Shown: positions 20,459-29,849 of the stretch, in pieces | Numbering within the stretch: position 1 is the stretch's first letter | Layout: the number at the start of each line of letters is the position of its first letter | NCBI GenBank assembly: GCA_011109175.1 | Contig: RDEW01000103.1 | Coordinates: 51,890 to 85,240 of the forward strand | Length of the DNA: 33,351 bases | Source of the DNA: Dicyema japonicum | Lineage: Eukaryota > Animalia > Dicyemida | Reading direction: 5' to 3' | Notes under the pieces: model-generated | What the model was told of the DNA's origin: nothing | Databases searched by the model: none | What the model saw: the letters and a program-made list of their open reading frames with translations, nothing else | Program-made: the position numbers and the translations under genes

Positions 20459-23400
20459 TTAAGAAATGTCATGTTTCTCAGACTCCCTTATGGCACGATA
20501 ATCAAAGTCACCACATCCAGCAAGGGAAAACAACTCAGCATACGTTGTCTTGACAGAATCATCACAAAGAGAGTAGGCAGCACTGAGTCCATCAGTCAAA
20601 TTTTTATTAAATAAAACTAAAATATACACCAATGACAAACGAGACAAGTCCCTGCAGTTTTTCCTATAGGAATCCAAATGTTTGATCACAGCACTGACGG
20701 GGATGTGGTGTTTTACACTAAACCATCCTCACCAACCATTACCGTTTAAGTCGTTTGTTCTGCCGACTAAGTAAAGTCCCCAGAACATTGGATAGTTTGT
20801 CAACATCATCAGAAGCCCAAAAACTCAGTGCAGTGGAAATTATTGGGGAAACAGATGGGCCAGAGAGTGACATTAAACATGAAATTAACTCCATGGTAGG
20901 TCTAAATTGTCGAATATATATAACTTTCTACAAATAATAGCATCAGTAGTTATGAGATAAATCAAATGGGTAAAAGAGTCTACAATGGAGTAAACAACCA
21001 ACCAGAAACTTCAAAATCACTAAGAAAAGTAAGATATGACTCAACGAGAAGACAATGAGACTGTATTAATACCCAAATTGTCTGTTGACTGTGCACAGCC
21101 AATTTAGACATAATATCTAAACTGAGATAAACATATACGAAGTACTGATTCTATCCCTTCTTCAGTAATGAGAACCAACTCCTTTCTCAGAATAGCGCAG
21201 TTCAATCGGTCAAGCTCTAATAACAACCACGTAAAACCTCCTTACACGACATTTTACTACACAAAGCCCTGATGAACGTGCAGTTATCAATCAAAATATC
21301 CTCAACCGACTACAGTCAACAGACAATTACTACTGATCTCGACAATGCTAACAACAGATCCACAACAGCGTCCATGTCGTATTTTATGGCAAGCTACAAG
21401 TAACACAAACAACAACAATGACGTCTTCTGTAAGTCTAGAAGAGAGATCCCAGCCAAGTTGACCACACAAAGCAGAGTAACAGTCAAACTTATCCTTCTC
21501 ACTCCCATTTCTTAATCAGACCCCAAAACAACCTCTTTTGAAGGTAAATAAGGAGAAGATAACCAATCATGGGAAATATCTCAGCAACTTTTCCATAAAA
21601 ACTAGACAAGGCCAGTACTCCAGAATTGGCTCCATGCAATTGTAAAAGCAATCCAAATAAATTGAAGACAAAAAAGTCAAAAAAATTATTTGAAGATCTA
21701 ATGAATACAAAAAAGGAGTAGTACAGAACAGAAATGAAGGGATGTAGGGAACTATTCTCACTGGTTTGGTTATTTAGGTAATCGTGGATTATCCAAGCTA
21801 CACAGACGGCCAATGACTGTCCTATACAGGTCCCTGACTCAGAAATAGTCATCCATGATTCATTCTACAGTAAAAGACCAATCTCACTATAATTATCAGA
21901 TTTAGTAGCCGATCGAAGGCCTCAGATCGTTTTGAAGACGAATTTCTAATATATTCAATAATCAAACCTTTCATCCACACAGACACCGAGCAATCCCTTC
22001 TGTACTTCAGAAAGTTGATCGAAACTGTTTTGGAATATATTTTTACGAAATTTTACAATTTCTGCCATCAAAACGATCTGTATGTGGTCACGGTAATCAA
22101 CATTAGTGATAAAACAACTTATTTTAGTGCCAGTTTCATCCTCCCCCAATGACGAGATACTCCTAATTGTCCTTCTGGATGGGATTTCCAAGTTTTCTTC
22201 ATCCTCCTTTGCATCCGAGGACATCCCAGAGTCTTCAGATCCCCTTGATTCGCAAAACTGGCTGAAATAATGTTGTACAGCAAGACTAAGGTCTTGTGGA
22301 ATAAATTCATTATCAAATAAAACAGAAAAAGAACTAATTGTTAATAATAAAGTGTACTTGATGACTTTCTTATTCACAACACAACGCATTGCAGACTGTA
22401 TGGACTCATGGATAGCATCTGACTGAGGTGGGTAATAAATTGTCCCAATTCTGCACAGAAAGTCGGTTAGGTTCAAAGCAAGAGGAAGATTCACTCTGAA
22501 TGAGTTCAAGAGGAGCAGAACAGCCGGTTCAATATCCATGATATCTTTATCTGCCTCAAAAAACAGCCAATCGTAGAACACAGCAAGTCTCATGTTAGCA
22601 GACGCCGATCTTCTTTTCAAGTAATAAATAAGGACAACCGAGCATTCACAGAATAGCCAGCTAATAAGAGAATACCTTGTAATTAAGTCCGAGGACAATT
22701 GCTCATTCGTTGGGTGGTGGGCACAACACAGGTACCGAATAATATCCACACGCAAGGGATCAGTCAGTTCTGAGTACAGATACTATTAGGGTGAGTCAAA
22801 TTATAACCTCAGCTCTGAACCATTCAAAGTAAATCCTCTCGTGGCCGAACCTCACAGAAGTCAGCATGAATCTTATCCTTTCCTCCATTTCGTATGTAAG
22901 TGGGAGACTAAGGTAAACTCCAGTCGTCCGCTTTCGCAAGACTGGCCATATTTGGTTGCTATTGGGCTGTCTAGCCATCAGTTCCTTGAAGAACTCTTCA
23001 ATTTCTGGGACAGAGGACACATTATGGAGAAGTCGAATCAAATCCTTCCCAATTTCAGCACAATTAGCCCACTTAGAATAAAATTGAAAAAAAACATGGT
23101 TTCTGAGAAGAAAATTGCACAGATTTGCTTCCTTTTTTCTTAGTCCCAACAATTTCTCGTAGCTGTGATCCTCCATTAGTCTAAGGAAGGTGAAAACAAC
23201 TGAGGGAATTACAGAGGGGTATTGATTAGTCCAATCTCTAAAAATAACCACAAATAATACAAATTAGTGGACAGAATGGAAACAATAATATCAATAAGCT
23301 TTAATTTCTGATCAGATAGGTCAGATCCCCCAAAAGTACGGAGAAATGCAACAATAAATATTTCTAGTCGAGGACTCAAACTTTTGATGAGTTCTGAGAA

Positions 23401-23807
23401 CAACCATAGCAACTTGGATTATTGTAGACATTTAAACCTGATTGGCCACTATGGGGACTAGTTTATTCCACTTTTGAGCGATAATTCTACTGCACGTGTT
23501 AATCACAAGTGCGAGGGCGTCCTTAGTGGTAGTTACCAGCAGAGTGTAAGGGGCCGTCGTATTTTGTTCGGTTAGTAGGATATAGAGGAGGCCAAATTGG
23601 ACGTCCTCATAGGCACCAATTTGACCTTTGTTGATCTATAATATATATAGGGTATACGTGGTTTGTGAGAATATCAGCAGGGTCAAACGATTTGTCGGCA
23701 AGTAGAGTCTTTACAACTCTGGATGAACCTTCTAGTTTCTGTAATATTATTATACAGAATACGGCTTCAATATCATATTTTACGTCAATTGGAGTATAGT
23801 TGAGCAT
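20459..23807 (-). CDS. INTS3: Integrator complex subunit 3 (SOSS-A), about 952 aa, 22 exons
   Basis: IGKDLIRLLHNV, RFMLTSVRFG, LRVDIIRYLCCAHHPTNEQLSSD, LAVFYDWLFF, IMDIEPA, IGYLLLIYL, CDDSVKTTYAELFSLA. Introns: 23739-62, 23636-57, 23413-37, 23238-60, 23072-95, 22783-807, 22618-38 (GT..TG), 22334-57, 22098-118 (GT..TG), 21946-67, 21865-87, 21698-724, 21511-32, 21394-416, 21310-33, 21215-37, 21117-38, 20980-21002, 20902-24, 20718-42, 20617-40. The spliced length of 2859 nt is in frame. Confidence 0.93.
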
Positions 23808-23957
23808 TCTACAAGTTAAATAATAATTCAATAATATTTTTATTTAAAAAATATTTAATATTAATCAAATTGATATTTTTAATAATGAGAAAAACTAGTT
23901 TACCTTTTGGCTGGATTACGATAAAATACAATACCGATTCGCTCCTCCAATCGGCTG

Positions 23958-24656
23958 TCAGAATCCTTTTTTTTGAAAGGCATTCTCTAGTTCGTCTACA
24001 ATGTGTGCACCACGCTTCTCTACTAAAATATGTATATTGGATGATATAAAAGATTTCATCTGTTCCTTTTTCATCCTATTAGTGTTAACAGCAATTCACC
24101 TTTTTGAATGTACTGAACTTGTACGCTGTTCGACTACAATGTCAAATTTGACAGATTTATGGGAAGGTGGCTTAGCAGGAAGTTAATTGTCAAATACGAA
24201 ACTAGTATGATTTTGAGATAATTGTACCATTTCTGGATGGCGGGATTGTCAACACATTGGAAAACATGAACTGAAATTTAAATCAATTTGTGAAGAAAAA
24301 AATCTTATATAATGCAATGTGGAAGACATGTTGTGTTTAATTGGAGTTTATAATAAAAGGACTTCACGAAAGTCGTTTGTCGAAAATGATGATATATCAT
24401 TTGGTTTCAAATAGTCTAAAAATAGAATTACCATACTTTTTGGTGTAATTCTGTCTAAGAAAAGCTTGATTTTTGGAAGATATAAAACCTTCATTGTCGT
24501 AAAAATGTTGACTGGGAATAATTTTATGAGTAATTTGACGCTATTGGGAATTATTATTATTAAAGCAACATACGTAAAACCATAATAGTTTCACCCTTGT
24601 GGTGTTAGAAACTATTAACACTTTCTGCTGTCATGCGAATGTTCTACGCATTTCAT
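23958..24656 (-). other. Candidate unidentified micro-intron gene or pseudogene
   Basis: Intron-like GT..AG segments at 24465-24488, 24416-24436 and 24076-24099 join plausible frames (VKLLIKLFPVNIFTTMK|LFLDRITPK|NYLKPND and ..SSVHSKR|MKKEQMKSFISSNIHILVEKRGAHIVDELENAFQKKGF*). No complete model can be closed. Confidence 0.35.
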
Positions 24657-24679
24657 CTTCTTTTTGGTATACTTGAAGA

Positions 24680-25760
24680 AGTGTGACTCTTGGACGTCAA
24701 CAGAAACGTGATCCAGTCTCAACAAGGTACTCCTCCAGGGTGTCCATTTTCAATCTCAGTATGTACGAATAGCCTTCATCTCAAATCAGTGATCTCGATA
24801 CTCAAAGGACCAATGGAAAAAGCATTATATAAAGCTTTCTTGTTTATTTTCTTTGGCCAATTCGAACCGAGCAATCTCCTCAGCTGCCTTTTATGAAAGG
24901 AGTCTATCCCCTGTTCCTCAGCTTTGGACATCGCCCACGATGATGAGATATATAGTAGGACTAGTTTAACAAGGGTATTGTATAGCCCTATCCGGAATGA
25001 TGAGCATGATCCTATTCCGTCAATCTACTTTTTAACTTTGTTTAGTGAAGCTGTAGCGATGGTCTCTCTTTAACCATGTCCTCACTGTCTGCAAGTAAGA
25101 ACCCAAGCTTATTGGTCTTCCTCCATTGTTCATCCGATTTTTTCTATCTTTCTGATATTCACTATTTCTGTTTTGCAAACATTTATCGTTACGTACCATT
25201 TTTTGAGTACATTATGAGCTACTTCAAATAAGTGAATAAGGTCTAATCTATCTCTTGATTTAAAGTCGACGTCGTCAGTATAAATAGATTCTTCTATTGC
25301 ACCTTCTTAAAATTTTCGTAGGTCACGTAGTGTTTCAAGATATATGACTAATTGAAAATGAGAGAGAGTGTCCGCTTGATAAGTATTCATTATATTCTCT
25401 TGACAGTTATGCCAATTCTAACCATTAACTTCGTGTTAGATAGGAGAACTCATCAATTTTACAAAGTCCCAAAATCCTTCCACTGTCTTCAATAGTATAC
25501 CTCTACGCACTGTGTCGAAGGCTCTCGACAAGTATATGCCAAGGATTGTAGTTGCGTTTTGGTATCTTTGGTTTACAGCGCGGCACCAATTGTGGCGTCA
25601 TACTATTTCCGTCGTTGATCTCCCAGTCTTGAATCCATTATGACATGATGCGAGATAGTCGTCCACTCGATCCTTGATTCAGTGTAACCAATGCCAAGAT
25701 TTTACGTAGAATATTGAGCAAGATTATCAGGAGTAGGCTTGTTTGGTTTATGGATTGGGA
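24680..25760 (-). mobile_element. Degenerate RTE-like RT fragment
   Basis: LIPIHKPNKP, GFKTGRSTTEI, ILGIYLSRAFDTV, LYNTLVKLVLLY, DSFHKRQLR. Confidence 0.8.
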
Positions 25761-26405
25761 TTAGTACATCCAAGCGATATGTACTCCCTTCTGGTAAATA
25801 TAGAAGTGTTGTAATTTTTCTCTGTGACCCCCATGTACCCGAGTTGTACATAAGCACCAGCTTTATATATGAGTTGTATTGACTTATTCTTAGGTTTGAT
25901 TTATTAGTTTTCGTCGACTCCATATCTTGAGCATTTTCTTTACATGGCAGTGGCTAGAGCTCTCCTATACATCTTCACTATCACCAAGTAAGGATCCCAA
26001 TTTCCTTTTTTCCTCCAATTTTCATTAATATATTTTACTTGTGATTTCTATGTGTTCAGTCTTTCTCTGATTAACTCGCAGAGACCAATTCTTAAATTCT
26101 CCAAAGATTTTCTCTAAAACAAGTTCAAGTTCCACATCATTTTCTGACACAAAATCTGTCATCTGCATATATAATCTCGGCATGCATCCTTCACAATTTG
26201 TTCTAAAAGCTCTCAATGCCGCTTCCAGGTATAGGACAAATAGAACCGGAGTTAGAAAGTTCCCCAGAGGTATTCCAACTGTTGTCCCGAAAGGCATCGA
26301 TGTCGTGTTCCCAACCAGGAACAGTAAATACAGTGTTAGACAATAGGGAACGAATAAGTCTTGTGTTATCCTCATTAAGGAAACTCTCAACAACGTCCAA
26401 CAATT
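25760..26405 (-). mobile_element. Second degenerate RTE-like RT fragment
   Basis: KLLDVVESFLNEDNTRLIRSLL, PFGTTVGIPLGNFLTPVLFVLYLEAALR, KKLGSLLGD, YNSYIKLVLMYNSGTW. Confidence 0.8.
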
Positions 26406-28480
26406 TGAATAAGAATGGTGATAGCGGCGAACCCGTGGGTACTCCATTTGGGAATAAACGAGAGACAGAACAAATATTTCCAATGCACATTCTTCCTCTT
26501 CATCCTCTAAGGAAGTTAGCCATCCAGAGTTTGAGATTTTCAGGGATATCTGATTGGCAGATTTTCCATGTTAGATTTTTTTCTCGGCACAGTGAAAACC
26601 TTTGTGGATGTCCAGTGAACATAACACAGTTTTCTGGTGTCTTGGCTTGCACAAAAATCCAGAGCGAATAAAGTTAGTCAGGGAGCTGAGGAAGTTTGTC
26701 GTGGATCGATCTTTTTTTGAAACCATGCTGGAACAGTTTAACAAGATTCCTTTTAGTGATTTTTGCGAGGATTAGCTTTTTCAAAATTTTTGAAATAAAG
26801 CACAAGAGAGAAATAAGCCTGAAGGAAGCTTGAGCTTTTTTTCGTTTTCCAGGCTTCAATACTGGGCGGATGTTTGCAAGTTTCCACATCGTTGGGATTG
26901 AATTATAGTTGATCGACCAGTTGTAGATTTTGGTCAGGATACTGATTCCATCATTGCCTAAATTTTTCAGGAAGATTATGGGAATTCCGTCTGGACGATG
27001 TGAATGTGTTACTTTTGTTTGGCTTAGGGATGCCATTATCTCCTTTTCGATGGAATAAGTTAATTGATCCCTTTTCGGTTTTCTTAGCTGCGGTTTGGGT
27101 GGGTCAGTCTTCATCTGGTTTTTGTGAGAGATTTTCGCGTAGTATTTTATTAGGGCGTTTAGGTCCTTTTGGCAGAATTCGTCATTTCCATGTGTCCCCT
27201 CATCCACTTTCGAGATATTTCGAGTAGTTTTCCAGACTTCGGATGTTGACCGGTTACATTTTAATGACGTAAGAACCATCTTCCATTTTGCTATCTGTAT
27301 TTTGAATTCTTTGGCTTTTATTTCCTCGTTCAGCACTTTTAGACGGATCTTTACTTCGAAGGAACGGATCCCTGATTTTTTGAGACGGTTTTTTTAGCAG
27401 AGCTTTCTTTCCGTAATCACTCGTGTAAACAACATATCTTTTAGGGACAGCCATAGATCTTGCTTCAAAAATAACCTTGTTAACGTAAGCAACTGTCATG
27501 TCAAGGGAAATAAAGTTTTTAGCTGTATATTAGCCAAATGTTGATCTGTAACCGATCGGAATAATTGCCAATTTGTAAGATTGTATATATGCAGGTTTCT
27601 TCTTTCCACTGGTAATTTTTTTTTTGATTTTTAGCAGAAGTGGGTTATGATCTCTTCGGTTGTCGTAGATGAAGGATCAATTAATTGTTGTTGAAAGCTG
27701 TGGTGAGCAGAAGGGGATATCTGGGTAGGTTGGATTGTCAGAGTTATTTTGAAATGTTCTTGTGTTTTTTGATGGGTCATTGATGATTGTCATGTTGCCT
27801 GACAGCGACAACTGCAAATTTCCTCTTGTATCTGCTGATGATTTAACAGCTAGAGAGGATGTTTGGCATTCAAATCGCCGCATATCATAACTTCGTTCCA
27901 ACTCTCCAGTGCTGATATTATTATTAAAGATAATTCCATCATAGTGTAATGTGTAGACATGAGCCCGGAGAAGATGTATACATGTTTATAAAATATAGTC
28001 TTCCCTTTGTTATTCCGAATATCTCCGTGGTTTCATCACTTCCAAAGAGTTTCTTCACTTCGAGTGTATGGTCGTCAAACTTTAGGCCTTTTCTGATTAA
28101 TGTATGTATTCCTCCACGTTTATAGTGCTATCAGCACGCATTATGTTGTATACTGAAAAAAGTGGGCGTAGTATCTTTTGCTGATAGCTTCTATTCTTGG
28201 ATGAGCACGATGTCAACTTTGAGTTCAACAATCAGAGTTCTAAGTTCAATAATTTTGCATATAATTCTGTTCACATTTAGTTGCATAACAGAGATCTTGT
28301 CCTTTGACATGTGTAGGTCACGAATCCGAAAAGCTGATGTCACAACAGCAATCAGTCGACCAGGAGCGATATGTGCACCCGGTGGAAGAGAGCTAATGGT
28401 TCTTTTTCGAAATGCTTTAAGAGCATTCTGAACGCATCCAGAATTGTTGTATCCGGTGAACCACATGACGCTATGCTAAA
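26405..28480 (-). mobile_element. Jockey/I-like LINE 5' portion (short UTR, APE EN from ATG 28310, RT to motif 4), 3'-truncated
   Basis: MSKDKISVMQLNVN..VDIVLIQE, NRSTSEVWK, RPDGIPIIFLK, FRLISLL, QHGFKK, KTVLCSLDIHKGF, GVPTGSPLSPFLF. Confidence 0.85.
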
Positions 28481-28801
28481 AATAAAAATTCTAAATATAA
28501 TATTAGGATCTTTATTTAACAAACAATACAAAGTTAATATATTTATTAATCAACAACCTTCCTCGCCTGCCTGTTCGCCAGCCTCCTCAGGCAGGTTGGT
28601 TTCTGGTTGCTGAAACAACTCCGAGAGCGCATTGTCAAATTGAACCCTCTGCCCATATGGCATCTCAGGGTTCTGCCTCCTATAAAATTCTAAATATAAT
28701 ATTTTAATTCTAAATGTAATATTTTAATATTTAAAATTTATTAATATCGAATAAAATATAACCTAAATATGCTCTTTTCAATGAGTTGTATGGTAATTAA
28801 T
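28241..28801. repeat. Copy 1 of an approximately 560-bp dispersed direct repeat (copy 2 at 32789-33351)
   Basis: Aligns end to end with an offset of about 4550 bp. It includes the LINE 5' stub, the 179-bp insert, the AT-rich promoter and the start of the LAMP-like gene. Confidence 0.95.
28505..28683 (-). pseudogene. Probable 5'-truncated retrocopy (coding C-terminus plus 3' UTR) of an unknown mRNA
   Basis: 20-bp flanking direct repeat AAAATTCTAAATATAATATT at 28485-28504 and 28684-28703. GC-rich frame RQNPEMPYGQRVQFDNALSELFQQPETNLPEEAGEQAGEEGC* (stop 28550-28552), then an AT-rich UTR with AATAAA at 28542-47 and 28511-16. No long poly(A). Confidence 0.55.
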
Positions 28802-29612
28802 ATTTAGTTCTTATAAACTGTTTAATATCACTTGTTGATAATACTACAACAGTAGCAACAAACAAAACTGCAAAAAAAAATGTTACTACAACAAAAATGA
28901 CGACTATAGCAAAAATGACGACTACAACAAAAAAGAGTTCGAAAAAACCGGGATTATCAACTAAAAATAACCATGTTGTTTCAACATGGGTTAGCGAATA
29001 TGATGGGTTTGTGAAAGCTGTAATGAAAGGACATATTGAATATAGATATGATGATGGTAAAAAGGTGAATTATTATTAATGTTAGAAACTAAATTATGTA
29101 TTTAATGAAAGTGACATATTTACTTTTCGTCGATCTTTTCAGTATAGATACCTCGTTATGAGCTGTGAATATTTTTATATTACAATTTCTTTAAAAAAAC
29201 AAGGCAATTCCTATTATCTGGGCGTTATTGAAATCATCCACTGTAATAATAATAATATATTAAGATCGTGGGATTCAATTTACCGATTTTAAAAAATTTC
29301 CTCTTTTAAACAAAATGACTTATTTACAATGTGGACATTATGTTGTTCGATTTGATAAAAATTCAAGTCTACTTTTACTGTACTTCAAGGTGCAAGCTTT
29401 AAGACATGATAAAACTCATGATTTTGTAGGAAAACGTTATGTTTTATTGTAATTTAGCCGCTGATTGTGTCTATCTCATTCAATATAATAAAAGTCCTCT
29501 ATTGGTTGGATCATTAATCGTTGTTGTCTTTATATTATCGATAATTGTTTACTTAGGAATCAAATCATTCTATCGTCAAAGATATCAGCATTTTAGTATT
29601 AGTGATTATTAG
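28769..29612 (+). CDS. Type I membrane glycoprotein with LAMP/CD68-like architecture, 252 aa, 5 exons
   Basis: Introns 28788-28807, 29065-29085, 29243-29264 and 29436-29457 (all GT-AG) give 759 nt in frame. Hydrophobic N-terminus MLFSMSFLINCLISL, Thr/Lys-rich stalk, LAMP-like end (YLQC..FKVQAL..F.GK.ADC), TM PLLVGSLIVVVFILSIIVYL, and short tail with YQHF (YxxPhi). Confidence 0.8.
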
Positions 29613-29849
29613 TTATTAATATGGTTCTTATAATTATTACACATTGACTTAATTAGGCTTAGCTTCCTTTTCATAATAATATGTTATGAAACATGCTAAA
29701 TTACAGGTTTCCGGTCCCGAAGAGAGGTGGAGAAGTAGGTCCTCTTTCTTCTATTTTTGTCCCAGGTCCTATCGTCGCGGACATTACTTAAATCTTTAGC
29801 GGAATAGTTTTCATAATGCAATCGAGGATTTGGTCAAGGAGAAAGGTAT

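Noticed and set aside
22841-23143. 100-aa plus-strand ORF (also 2276-2494, 5356-5568, 8528-8725, 30919-31281 and similar)
   Set aside because: Shadow frames opposite conserved coding or RT sequence.
7422-23807. Alternative genetic code or stop read-through explaining fragmented host ORFs
   Set aside because: Every in-frame stop falls inside a 20-27 nt intron-like segment, and the spliced genes end in ordinary TAA, TGA or TAG codons.
26216-26671. 151-aa plus-strand ORF
   Set aside because: Antisense to recognisable RT motifs; no independent features.
28642-28673. Structured ncRNA (hairpins gaaccct/agggttc and cctgcctg/caggcagg)
   Set aside because: The first stem is broken by non-compensatory changes in the second copy, and the region is better explained as a coding retrocopy.
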